From Candidatus Melainabacteria bacterium (GTDB taxonomy: Bacteria > Cyanobacteriota > Vampirovibrionia > 2-02-FULL-35-15): a stretch of DNA of 64,000 nucleotides. The notes beneath the pieces are model-generated. The model was not told the DNA's origin and ran no database searches. It saw nothing but the letters and a program-made list of their open reading frames with translations. Within the stretch, counting starts at the first letter, position 1, and each line of letters opens with the position of its first letter. The DNA lies in the NCBI GenBank assembly GCA_016193285.1, contig JACPSL010000018.1, forward strand, positions 91,535 to 155,534, read 5' to 3'. Positions 9,769 to 19,208 of this stretch are shown piece after piece. The position numbers were made by a program, and so were the translations under genes.

Positions 9769-10476
9769 ATGAAAAGTACAAACTCTAGAAAGAATTTTCT
9801 TTATGCTATTTTATTTTTAGTTGCTATATTCTTTAATAGTCTTCCTCTTTATGCACAAACACTACAAGTACAAGCTTCCTTATATAACAGGCTTGGAGGA
9901 GTATTTGTGATTAGCGCTGTTGTAGATGATTTTACTGAAAGGTTAGTTTCTGATCCTATTATTACTGCAAATCCAAACATTGTAGCTGCAATCTCTGAAA
10001 TTAATAAGCCAGGACTAAAGTTCCTTATAACTGAGTTCCTTTGTGATAGAAGTGGTGGACCACAAAAATATACAGGGAAAAATATGAAAGAAGCTCACCA
10101 AAATTTAAAAATTACAGAAATTGAGTGGGGTACATCAGTAAAAATATTACTTGATGCTCTTGCAAAACAAAATGTCCCAGAAAAAGAAAAAAATGAACTA
10201 GTTGCACTTATATCAAGCATAAAGGGAGATATTGTTTCAGCTGAAATAAAAGTTCCTACACCACAAGTTCCTCCATTACAAGTCCCTGCTCCACTAGGAC
10301 AAGCTCCTTTTCCACAAGTTGCTCCTCTCCCACAAGCTGCTCCTGAAGTGCAAGTTGTGCCACCTCCTTTACAAGCTCCACAACCTGTAATCCCACCAGT
10401 ACAAGCTGCACCTGTAATAGAAGCAGTACCTCCTGATATCGAAAATATACTTCCTGATCTAGCACCACCTGAGTAG
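9769..10476 (+). CDS. Group-1 truncated hemoglobin (2/2 Hb) with an N-terminal signal peptide and a C-terminal Pro/Gln/Val-rich repeat tail.
   Basis: LYNRLGG...FTERLVSDP...FLITEFLCDRSGGPQKYTGKNMKEAHQNLKITEIEW matches trHbN conserved blocks. The signal-peptide-like N-terminus ends LYA-QT. The tail is about 70 residues of PxQ/VPP repeats. Confidence 0.6.
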   Translation: MKSTNSRKNFLYAILFLVAIFFNSLPLYAQTLQVQASLYNRLGGVFVISAVVDDFTERLVSDPIITANPNIVAAISEINKPGLKFLITEFLCDRSGGPQKYTGKNMKEAHQNLKITEIEWGTSVKILLDALAKQNVPEKEKNELVALISSIKGDIVSAEIKVPTPQVPPLQVPAPLGQAPFPQVAPLPQAAPEVQVVPPPLQAPQPVIPPVQAAPVIEAVPPDIENILPDLAPPE

Positions 10477-10659
10477 CTATTTAATACATAGCATTAAATC
10501 CATCAAGCATTTTTAAAAACCTTGGAGATTCTGCTTGCTTTAAGATTTCAAGAAGCATTCTTACATGATCTATTGCTGCTTAGTTGCTTTCACAAATGTC
10601 AATAATTTATCATTAGAAGACTTGATTGTATAGCACTACAATATAGCCATGTCTATTTT

Positions 10660-11889
10660 GTGGTATACTGCAAAGTAGCCATGATAGAAAGAGAGCTATA
10701 TAGTTTAATAGAAAAAGATAGCAATCTAAGACAAATGTCTTTTGTTGCAGGGCCAAGACAAATAGGGAAAACAACTCTTGCTAAAGAATTATTGCATAAG
10801 CATAATTGCTCAGAGTTTTATTTTAATTGGGATTTAGCTTCTACAAGATCAAATTATAGAGAAAATTCAAATTTTTATTCTAACAACATAGGGAACAGGA
10901 AGAAGGTCTGGATTTGTTTTGATGAAATCCACAAACTAAGAAAATGGAAAAATATATTAAAAGAGCATTTTGACAAAAATGAAGGCAGAATGAAAACAAT
11001 AATTACTGGAAGTGCAAGGTTAGATCTGTTTAGAAAATCTGGAGATAGTCTTGCAGGAAGATATTTTTTATATCATTTGTTACCTTTAACGCTAAGTGAA
11101 ATTTCAGCAAGGGGAAAAAATGTTGAAGAGAAGCTAGCATCAGCAATAGACTTTATTGAATTAAGAATAAGTAGGAAAGTTAAATCTAAAAACTCAATTG
11201 ATCAGCTACTAAGATTCAGTGGTTTTCCAGAGCCCTTTAAAATAGCTTCTGAAGATTTCCATACAAAGTGGAAAAAGTCTTATGTTGACAGGCTAATCTA
11301 TGAAGATTTGAGAGAGATATCACAGATTCAAGACCTGGAAAAAACTGCACTATTAATTGATTTACTGCCAGAAAGAATAGGAGCACTTTTATCAATTAAT
11401 TCACTAAGTGAAGATTTAGAAGTAAATTTCAGAACAGCTAAAAATTATCTTAAAGCATTAGAATTAACTTACATATTGTTTTTTATTAAACCCTATACAA
11501 AAAATATTTCAAGATCGGTAAGAAAAGAACAAAAAGTCTATTTCTATGACTGGACAAGAATTAACAATGAATCAAATAGATTTGAAAATTATGTTGCATG
11601 TGAACTTTTTATACTAGTTTCCTTCTGGAATGATTCTGGATATGGATATTATGACTTGAATTTTATTAGAACAAAAGATGGAAAAGAAACAGACTTTCTA
11701 ATTATAAAAGATAAGAAACCCTGGTTACTTATAGAGGTAAAGCTTGCGTCAAAGGAAATAAAGTCGCATCATATTACACAAGCAAAATACTTAGGTAATA
11801 TTCCGGTTATTCAGATAGTTTATGAAGGAAGTGTAATAAAAAGATTAGATAAGAATTTGTTTATAATTTCTGCTGAAAAGTTTTTTTAA
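10660..11889 (+). CDS. AAA-family ATPase with a DUF4143-type C-terminus.
   Basis: Walker A GPRQIGKTT, Walker B-like WICFDEIH, and the architecture typical of the ATPase-DUF4143 family. The true start may be the ATG at 10681. Confidence 0.55.
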   Translation: MVYCKVAMIERELYSLIEKDSNLRQMSFVAGPRQIGKTTLAKELLHKHNCSEFYFNWDLASTRSNYRENSNFYSNNIGNRKKVWICFDEIHKLRKWKNILKEHFDKNEGRMKTIITGSARLDLFRKSGDSLAGRYFLYHLLPLTLSEISARGKNVEEKLASAIDFIELRISRKVKSKNSIDQLLRFSGFPEPFKIASEDFHTKWKKSYVDRLIYEDLREISQIQDLEKTALLIDLLPERIGALLSINSLSEDLEVNFRTAKNYLKALELTYILFFIKPYTKNISRSVRKEQKVYFYDWTRINNESNRFENYVACELFILVSFWNDSGYGYYDLNFIRTKDGKETDFLIIKDKKPWLLIEVKLASKEIKSHHITQAKYLGNIPVIQIVYEGSVIKRLDKNLFIISAEKFF

Positions 11890-12203
11890 AGAGATCTTAG
11901 CTCCATTGTAGAAGAAGTCAGAACCAGAATTTGGGAGCGTGGGTATCTATTGTGCCTAAGAAAATAGTGTTACACCTTTTACAGAAATTTACCTATGAAA
12001 TCTCTCAGACTTTTTCAGTGAAGCCTACCTAGTAGTAAAAACCTTACCTCTTTTCTTTCAAGTGGCAATTTTCAATTTAGATTAGGGTTATCCTAAAGTT
12101 GATCGGGGTATCCTTAAAAATTTTTGTTATGTTCTGGTGATCACTGAGCTTTCACTGACAACCTTACTATACTTAGGGAAGAACATTAATGTAGGAGGTA
12201 CTT

Positions 12204-12398
12204 ATGAAAGAAATAATTTATAAGTTACTGGTTATAGCATTTCTTATTCCAACTTTACAACTTCCTGTTTTTGCAGAAGGTGATTGTATTCTTGATGAAG
12301 CAGGAGTTTGTCAGGAAGGGGAATGCAGACTGGAAGATGGAGAGATCGGTGTTTGCAGACAATCAGGTGATGATTGTGTATGCTCTCCAAATAACTAA
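12204..12398 (+). CDS. Small secreted, acidic, six-cysteine peptide (64 aa). It is the first gene of the tad operon.
   Basis: Strong RBS GGAGGT. Signal-peptide-like N-terminus, then EGDCILDEAGVCQEGECRLEDGEIGVCRQSGDDCVCSPNN. There is only a 2-nt gap to the downstream tadE. No Flp G/XXXXEY motif. Confidence 0.5.
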   Translation: MKEIIYKLLVIAFLIPTLQLPVFAEGDCILDEAGVCQEGECRLEDGEIGVCRQSGDDCVCSPNN

Positions 12399-12400
12399 CA

Positions 12401-12928
12401 ATGTTTAATTTTAGATCAGATAAGGGGAATGTGCTTCTTGAACTAGCTTTAGTTACTCCACTTTTAATAATGTTTATTGGAGTAATTTTTGAAGCTTCAC
12501 GAATGTATTATATCCAAAGTGCTTTAGAGTATGGAGCTAAAGAAGCTGCACGAATTGGTTCATCAGTTAAAGAAAGTGTTGATGCTAACTACATGAGTAA
12601 GAGTACTATTTCACGTTATGAAATTGAAAACTTAATAAAAAATAGTGTGAGAGTAATGGGTGTAATTGAAGAAGGAGCACAATTTATGATTAGATACTTA
12701 AATCCAGCTGGTAATGAAATTAGTGGTGTTCAGGATAATTTGCCATTTGACAGAAAAAATGATCCCGGTGCAATTGATTTTGTAGAAGTAGAAATTACAT
12801 ATCCTGGAAGTGGACCTGGAGTAAACAGTCCAATTCCTGTAGTAATAAATCCAGGAAATATTTTTAAAGACAGTATAACTTTAAGTTCAAAAGCAATATT
12901 TAAAATTGAAGGAAGGTTTGAAAGATGA
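12401..12928 (+). CDS. tadE: TadE-like pseudopilin.
   Basis: N-terminal LLELALVTPLLIMFIGVIFEASRMYY, the TadE/TadF signature TM segment. 175 aa. Confidence 0.7.
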   Translation: MFNFRSDKGNVLLELALVTPLLIMFIGVIFEASRMYYIQSALEYGAKEAARIGSSVKESVDANYMSKSTISRYEIENLIKNSVRVMGVIEEGAQFMIRYLNPAGNEISGVQDNLPFDRKNDPGAIDFVEVEITYPGSGPGVNSPIPVVINPGNIFKDSITLSSKAIFKIEGRFER

Positions 12929-13428
12929 AAAATATTTTAAGAAGAGATTTAGGAGCAATAATGGTAGAAGCTGCATTTGCAATACCAGTGTTTTTATTTT
13001 TAATTTTTGGTTTACTTGAACTTTCAAGAATAATGTACATTAAAAATGCATTAAATATCGCAGCTCAACAAGTAGCAAGTTCAATTTCAATACATGCAAA
13101 AAGGACAGCAACCTATGATGTTGCTTCTTTTTCAACTTATGCAGCCAGCATTCATTATCCAGGTGCTGTGTTTAGCTCAAGTCAGTTTTCTTTTAATGTT
13201 ACAAATGCTTCAAACAGTTCTACAGTTACAAATGGACAAGCTGATGGAATAGCAAGCACAAAAGTTGTAGTGAATGCTATTTTTCCACCACCAAATAGTG
13301 GTGTTAAAGTTCCAACTTTTGATCCAGGTAGATTATTTGGTGCACCAATTTTTGGGCGAAATGGTATACAGCTTTCAGCACAAGCAATTTGTTTTCTTGA
13401 ACGCTCAAGGAGACCTGTATTAAATTAG
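12925..13428 (+). CDS. Second TadE/TadF-like pseudopilin.
   Basis: AIMVEAAFAIPVFLFLIFGLLELSRIMYIKNAL. Its start overlaps the previous gene's stop by 4 bp. Confidence 0.7.
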   Translation: MKNILRRDLGAIMVEAAFAIPVFLFLIFGLLELSRIMYIKNALNIAAQQVASSISIHAKRTATYDVASFSTYAASIHYPGAVFSSSQFSFNVTNASNSSTVTNGQADGIASTKVVVNAIFPPPNSGVKVPTFDPGRLFGAPIFGRNGIQLSAQAICFLERSRRPVLN

Positions 13429-13439
13429 GAGAAGTAAAA

Positions 13440-15083
13440 GTGAGACATAAAGTAAGAAATAATCCTGGATCAATTATACCCATGGCAGCTCTTTTAATGA
13501 GCGTGATTATTTCTTTTTCAGCACTTGCAATAGATATGAGTTATAACGGTATTGTAAGAAGTTCACTTGAAAAAGCAACTGAGTCTGCAGCTGTAGCTGG
13601 AGCACAAGAATATTTTAGAAATGGTGCTGATGCAGGAAAAGCAGTAAATGAAACTATTCGGATCTTTAAAATGAATGTTTCTAATGACACAATGATTGGT
13701 AACTATTACTCTGCTACTGGTATGGGTAGTCCAACAACATTAACTTATTCAAAAACATTTACATCAGGTGATAACTTAAGAGCTTTATTTAAACAACAAC
13801 CAATTACTTTAACCATCATGACTGACTTAAATCGCGGTAAAGTAACAGTAACTTCAGCACATACTACAAAATCATACTTTGCAAAACTGTTTACAAGTAA
13901 TTCAATGATCTCAATAACAAGAGAAGCAGAATTACCACCATATGATGTTGTATTTGTAGTTGACTTATCGGGCTCAATGAGATTTGCTACAGTAAGTACT
14001 TATATTGGAACTGCATATGTACAAACACAAGGAATGTCAGGTTTAGGACCACTGACTACAGATGTGATTATTACTCAGTCCCAGTATCAGCCAGGCATAG
14101 GCACAATGATTACAGCAAACGGCCTTGTGACAACTCTTTCTAATATCACTGATGTAGTAATTAACACACCAGGAACTGATATTCCTGCAACTGCAACCTA
14201 TAGTAGTGGCAAAAGTATTTATATCAATGATCCTGACAGAGGATTTATAGTAAATCACGATATGGCTAGTGGGCTTAGAAGAATAGCTTTAACTGGTTAC
14301 AGAATTAATCAATTAGCAGCATTAAATGTATCTGGTGAAGATAAACAACTTGCACAAACTTTTAATGACAATAAAAGTACAAATCAAGCAGTTGTAGACA
14401 ATTATTTTACTAGAGCAGCTTCTTATATAGAACCAGTTGCAAGTGCAATAGATGGTGTTAGTGCTTTTATTGATACTGTAAAAATATATGGTTCAGCTGC
14501 TTTAAAGTTAGGTTTAGTAACTTTTGAAAGTAGTTCTTATACTGCTGATATGACATCTAACTGGTATTGTAGTGAACTAGAAGGAGGAAATGTTTCTAAA
14601 TATATGAAAAGAACATTACCTTACTTAAGCCTTGTAAATCCTGTTAACTTTGATACTGTTACTAATAAACTATCCATCATGGCAACAAGTGGTACTGGCT
14701 CCTTTACAAATCCAATTGTTACTTATAGTTATCCTAATGGTGGTACAAATATAAATGCTGGACTTACTAATGCAAAGTATGTATTTGACAAAAGCGACAG
14801 ACCAAATTCTGAAAAAGTAATTATTCTTTTTACTGATGGTGAACCAACAGCACATACTTTTAGTGCACTTGGGCAAAAAGTTAAATCACTAACTGATGCA
14901 AAAATTAAAATTTATTCAATAGTACTTACTTTAGCTATATCACAAACTACTATTAATAATTTTAAATATCAAGTTGAAACTATTGGAAAAGCAGAGCCTG
15001 TAATATTTATAAATGATCCTGCAAAACTAAAAAATGCATTTCTTCAAATTGCTGATGATTTGGGATTAAAGTTGGTTAATTAA
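13440..15083 (+). CDS. tadG: TadG-like pilus-assembly protein with a von Willebrand factor A domain.
   Basis: TadG N-terminal region (MAALLMSVIISFSALAIDMSYNGIVRSSLEKATESAAVAGA). vWA MIDAS motif DVVFVVDLSGSM, and later ILFTDGEPT. Confidence 0.7.
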   Translation: MRHKVRNNPGSIIPMAALLMSVIISFSALAIDMSYNGIVRSSLEKATESAAVAGAQEYFRNGADAGKAVNETIRIFKMNVSNDTMIGNYYSATGMGSPTTLTYSKTFTSGDNLRALFKQQPITLTIMTDLNRGKVTVTSAHTTKSYFAKLFTSNSMISITREAELPPYDVVFVVDLSGSMRFATVSTYIGTAYVQTQGMSGLGPLTTDVIITQSQYQPGIGTMITANGLVTTLSNITDVVINTPGTDIPATATYSSGKSIYINDPDRGFIVNHDMASGLRRIALTGYRINQLAALNVSGEDKQLAQTFNDNKSTNQAVVDNYFTRAASYIEPVASAIDGVSAFIDTVKIYGSAALKLGLVTFESSSYTADMTSNWYCSELEGGNVSKYMKRTLPYLSLVNPVNFDTVTNKLSIMATSGTGSFTNPIVTYSYPNGGTNINAGLTNAKYVFDKSDRPNSEKVIILFTDGEPTAHTFSALGQKVKSLTDAKIKIYSIVLTLAISQTTINNFKYQVETIGKAEPVIFINDPAKLKNAFLQIADDLGLKLVN

Positions 15084-17149
15084 TACGAGGAAATCTTATT
15101 TTCTCTTGCAAGTCTCATAGCTTCCTGAGCTTGTGCATAACGTGCAGTTTCAATTCTCCATGCTGCATTTAGTAATTGTTGTTGTCTTTTAAGTTTATCC
15201 TCATTTTTTTTAAAATTATTTAGTTTTCTAAGTTCACTATATTCATTGTTTAAAGAAATGTTGTTATCTACTTTCTTATTTGTAGACTCATTATATTTCC
15301 CTGCATCTAAAGGCTCTTTCATATCAGGACCTTTTTCATCATCTTTCTTTATGTAAGGTTTAAATGGTGCTAGCTCATCAAAATCATGATATGGAATTTC
15401 TGGTTTAGCAAGCTTGGATATTTTAGCCACCGAAGTTGGTCTTACAATTTGTGGTGAAACAACAACAAGTAATTCTGTTTCACCTTGTCTAAATGACTTG
15501 CTTCTAAATAAAGTCCCTAAGATTGGGATGTCACCAATGCCTGGTACTTTACGGAGGTTTCTTGTATTGTCTTCTCTTAAAAGTCCACTTATAGCAAATG
15601 CTTGTCCTGTTTCAAGTTCAACCTGTGTTTGTGTTCTTCTTGTCCTAAATGCAGGTGGTCTTACTGATGTTGAACCTACTGGTACAACAAGGTTTGAAAG
15701 ATTAGTATCAATATCTCTTATTTCAGGACTAAGTTGTAAATAAATTTTATTTTCACCAGTTACTGTTGGTAGTATTACAAACCTTATTCCAAAAGGTTCA
15801 TAAGTAATATCTTGGCTTGCACCACCAGCTGTAAAAACTGATCTTACAATTGGTACTTCTCCACCAGCTAAAAATGAAGCTGGCTCTCCGTTTGCAACTA
15901 CAAGATTCGGTTCAGCAAGTGTTTTAATTTCTCCTCTTTCTTGAAGAGCCTGAAGAACAACTCCAATACCATTATCTGGATTAAAGATTGCTCCAGTTAC
16001 ACCATCTCCAATTGTTTGTGCAACAACTGATCCACCTGCAACTGAACCATGACCAAAACCAAATTCAGGAGCTGAACCTCCACTTGCAGCTTTAAATTCA
16101 GTTAAATTTGCTATTGAACCAATTTGTCCTAAAAGCTGCCCGATTCCACTCCCACCAATAAATGTTCCACCTTGAATTGTGCTGCCGCCAAACGTTGTAT
16201 TAAAACCTAAATTTCTTGCAACACTTCTTGAGACTTCAAAAAACCTTATAGCAACTGATACTTGTGGAGGATCTTTTACTGTTAAAAAACTAATTACTGA
16301 TCCATTTTGTGTAGTTGCAATTACACCACGACTAAGATTTGCATATCTATTTGAGGTAAATTTTATTGGGTCACGTGCACCAAAAGATACAGCTGAACCT
16401 TGGGTTTGAGTTTGCCCTTGAGAATCTGAATTTGCAGATATGTCATATCTTCCTGCCAACCCATCAACAATTTGTCCACCAGGTTGACTTATAATTTTTA
16501 TTCCTTGATCCCCTACATACACACCTGCAATTTGAAGAGCTCTGGCAATTATCTCTGCATTTGAAACTTCTCCTTTTAAAATTATTTTTCCACTAGTTGC
16601 TGCTGTAGATGATGACGTAGTAGAGCTGGAACTACCTGCAGTTGGAGAAGGAGTAGAAGAAGATGCTGCTGCTTGTGATAATGAACTAGTAGCAACTGAT
16701 GTTTGTTCGCTTGAAGTTTTTGATGTAGAACTTATATTAGAACTTGGTGGAATGTATTCTACTGTAATATTTTTATCTAGGTCTTGTAGTTGCTTAGTTA
16801 AATAATCAATATCAGGCCAAACTGAGATATCAAATCTTGCTGGATGTGAAGTTTCTTTTTCCCACATAATTATTGTACTTATACCTAATTTTTTAGCTCT
16901 AACAAAAACCTCTTTTTCATTTAGCACCTGAAGATCTACAATTGCTGGATCACTTACTGCAACTCTTAAAATTGTTTTATCACTTGATATGATTTCACCT
17001 TTTCCAAGGTTTAATTTTTTTATTTGAGTTTTATCTTGATAGTAATCTGCTTCAAGAAAGAAAACTTTTGAACTTACAGGGATTATTGTTTGAATACAAA
17101 AAGCACTAATTAAAGTTAATAAAAATAAAGTCTTAATGAATGGCTTCAC
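15080..17149 (-). CDS. cpaC: Tad secretin CpaC/RcpA. It carries a Ser/Thr-rich linker and an unusual Lys/Gln-rich coiled-coil C-terminal extension.
   Basis: Secretin C-domain blocks GGEVPIV...LAEPNLVVANGEPASFLAGGEVP...IPILGTLFRS...ELLVVVSPQIV. Its 3' end overlaps the tadG 3' end (convergent TTAATTAA). Confidence 0.8.
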   Translation of the reverse strand: MKPFIKTLFLLTLISAFCIQTIIPVSSKVFFLEADYYQDKTQIKKLNLGKGEIISSDKTILRVAVSDPAIVDLQVLNEKEVFVRAKKLGISTIIMWEKETSHPARFDISVWPDIDYLTKQLQDLDKNITVEYIPPSSNISSTSKTSSEQTSVATSSLSQAAASSSTPSPTAGSSSSTTSSSTAATSGKIILKGEVSNAEIIARALQIAGVYVGDQGIKIISQPGGQIVDGLAGRYDISANSDSQGQTQTQGSAVSFGARDPIKFTSNRYANLSRGVIATTQNGSVISFLTVKDPPQVSVAIRFFEVSRSVARNLGFNTTFGGSTIQGGTFIGGSGIGQLLGQIGSIANLTEFKAASGGSAPEFGFGHGSVAGGSVVAQTIGDGVTGAIFNPDNGIGVVLQALQERGEIKTLAEPNLVVANGEPASFLAGGEVPIVRSVFTAGGASQDITYEPFGIRFVILPTVTGENKIYLQLSPEIRDIDTNLSNLVVPVGSTSVRPPAFRTRRTQTQVELETGQAFAISGLLREDNTRNLRKVPGIGDIPILGTLFRSKSFRQGETELLVVVSPQIVRPTSVAKISKLAKPEIPYHDFDELAPFKPYIKKDDEKGPDMKEPLDAGKYNESTNKKVDNNISLNNEYSELRKLNNFKKNEDKLKRQQQLLNAAWRIETARYAQAQEAMRLARENKISSY

Positions 17150-17221
17150 AGTACTCTTATCAGAACAATAAGCAATAGTAAATGTTCCTTTTTTAGGAAT
17201 TTTTTATCTTGCTCAAGATAA

Positions 17222-18202
17222 TTATTGTGGCAGACCACTCCCAAGTGTTGAAATTAATTGAAGTACAGGAGGTCCTACACTTACTGCTAAAACACATGGA
17301 AAAATAAACAGTGCCATTGGAAGCATCATTTTAATTGTCATTTGTGCTGCTGTTTCTTCTGCTTTTTGTCTTCGTCTAACCCTTAAAAAATTTGCCTGGC
17401 TTCTAAGCACACCTCCAATACTAGAACCAACTTTTTCTGACTGAATTATAATCCTTGCAAGACTTTTTAATTCTTCTGAACTTGTTCTTGTTCCTAAGTT
17501 TAACCAACAAGTAGTCCTGTCTTGTCCTAAATTCATTTCTCTGTTTGTAAGAATAATTTCTTCAGCTAGATCTTTTCCTTTATTCCCAATATTTGAAGCA
17601 ACTCTTAGTAATGACTGATCAATTCCCATACCAGCCTCAGTACATATGACTAAAAGATCTAAGGCATCTGGCAAGATGCGATCAATGCTTTGTTGTCTTT
17701 TTGCTACTAGTTTATCTAAAAAAATATTTGGAAATATAAATCCAACAGCACCTACAATAAAAGCAAGAAACATTCCAGTTTGTAAATTTTTTCCTATTAC
17801 TGAAAGAATAAAAAATGGAATTACTGCAAGTACAATAGCTAAGGTTATTTTAATTGTATATAAAAACTGAAGTGCTTTTTTATCCCTGAAGCCAGCTTTA
17901 ATTAAAAGCTTTCTTGCAGCTGACTGTTTACTGTAAGGCACCTTCTCGCTAAACCAGCTCCCTACTTGTTCTCCAAGAGGAATTAAAACTCTTTTTGCAA
18001 AACTTTCATCTTTATCTTCTTTATCTTGAGTGTCGGGGGTGTACTTTGCAGATTCGCTTTTTTCAGATAACCAAAATTGTAATCTTTTACTTATTTCACT
18101 TGATTCAGCAGATATTGCTCTTGTCCTGTAGATTACTATGCAAATTAAAAATATTGCACCAAATGCACATACACTACTTAGAATAATCATTAGGTTTGTC
18201 AT
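17222..18202 (-). CDS. tadC: TadC (GspF-like inner-membrane platform protein).
   Basis: T2SS-F domain pattern, 326 aa with three TM regions. It sits in a tadB-tadC pair downstream of cpaF. Confidence 0.7.
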   Translation of the reverse strand: MTNLMIILSSVCAFGAIFLICIVIYRTRAISAESSEISKRLQFWLSEKSESAKYTPDTQDKEDKDESFAKRVLIPLGEQVGSWFSEKVPYSKQSAARKLLIKAGFRDKKALQFLYTIKITLAIVLAVIPFFILSVIGKNLQTGMFLAFIVGAVGFIFPNIFLDKLVAKRQQSIDRILPDALDLLVICTEAGMGIDQSLLRVASNIGNKGKDLAEEIILTNREMNLGQDRTTCWLNLGTRTSSEELKSLARIIIQSEKVGSSIGGVLRSQANFLRVRRRQKAEETAAQMTIKMMLPMALFIFPCVLAVSVGPPVLQLISTLGSGLPQ

Positions 18203-18212
18203 TTGTCTTTTC

Positions 18213-19208
18213 CTACACCTCCAACTTAGTAATTTTATTTATCATTAAATAACCAATAGTCATAGAAATAACACACCCAATTAAAATATTTTTTCCCATT
18301 GGATCTTTTACAAAGGTACTGTAAGTTTCAGGAGCAATTAAGTTCAACATTATATAAATGCCAATAGGTAAAGAAAGCAGAAGATAAGCAGACATCTGGC
18401 TTTCGGCAGTAAGAGCTTTAACCATTCCTTTTAATCTAAATCTTTCTCTTACGGTTTCACCGATACTTCCAATTAATTCTGAAAGATTACCACCAAGTTC
18501 TCTATTTATTATTATTCCAGTACATAAAATTTGTACATCCATTGCATTAACTCTTGCAGAAAGATTTTGTAGTGCTTCATTTAAAGATAGTCCTAAATTA
18601 ACTTCAATAATTACTTTTCCAAATTCTTCACCAAGTGGAGAAGGAAACTCTTCTGCTAAGTGTTTTAATCCTGTCTGAACATCAAGCCCTGCTCTTAAAT
18701 CAGAACCAAGCATGTCAAGTGCCTGGGGTAATTGTTTAACAAAATCATCTATCCTTTTAGCTTTTAAAAAATTTAATAACCCAAAAGGGAGAATTGCAAA
18801 GACTAGTCCTATTAAAGGAATATGGAAAAATAAATCAACTAACATTCCACCAATTAATCCAACAAGTCCTATAAACAATAAAAATTCTCCAACTTTAATT
18901 TTTAATCCGCTTTGCTCAATTAAAGTTAAAAGAAAATCAGATCTGTTTTTTAACAATCTTTGAAGTAAATCATTTAACCAAGGAATTGTACTAACCCGTA
19001 AATCCCTTCTTAGTGTTTGTTCTTGATTTTCAGTAACTGAACTTTGGGATACTTCACTGTATCCAAGGGTTTGTATATTAATTACTTGTTCAACTCTTTG
19101 ACTTTGATATTTTAAATTTTCTTTTCTTTGCCAAAAATAATAAATGGATAAGCAGATTAATATCACTACAAAAAATACAAAGACTGAAAAAATTATTGGA
19201 GCTAGCAT
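18213..19208 (-). CDS. tadB: TadB (GspF-like platform protein).
   Basis: 331 aa T2SS-F family. It overlaps the cpaF stop. Confidence 0.7.
   Translation of the reverse strand: MLAPIIFSVFVFFVVILICLSIYYFWQRKENLKYQSQRVEQVINIQTLGYSEVSQSSVTENQEQTLRRDLRVSTIPWLNDLLQRLLKNRSDFLLTLIEQSGLKIKVGEFLLFIGLVGLIGGMLVDLFFHIPLIGLVFAILPFGLLNFLKAKRIDDFVKQLPQALDMLGSDLRAGLDVQTGLKHLAEEFPSPLGEEFGKVIIEVNLGLSLNEALQNLSARVNAMDVQILCTGIIINRELGGNLSELIGSIGETVRERFRLKGMVKALTAESQMSAYLLLSLPIGIYIMLNLIAPETYSTFVKDPMGKNILIGCVISMTIGYLMINKITKLEV

Noticed and set aside
10256-10468. Minus-strand 70-aa ORF.
   Set aside because: It lies wholly inside the Pro/Gln-rich repeat tail of the truncated hemoglobin gene and is a low-complexity mirror ORF.
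10660-11889. Possibility that the AAA-ATPase (DUF4143) marks a mobile or defence island.
   Set aside because: No flanking integrase, transposase, direct repeats or partner nuclease was found. It is treated as a stand-alone ATPase.
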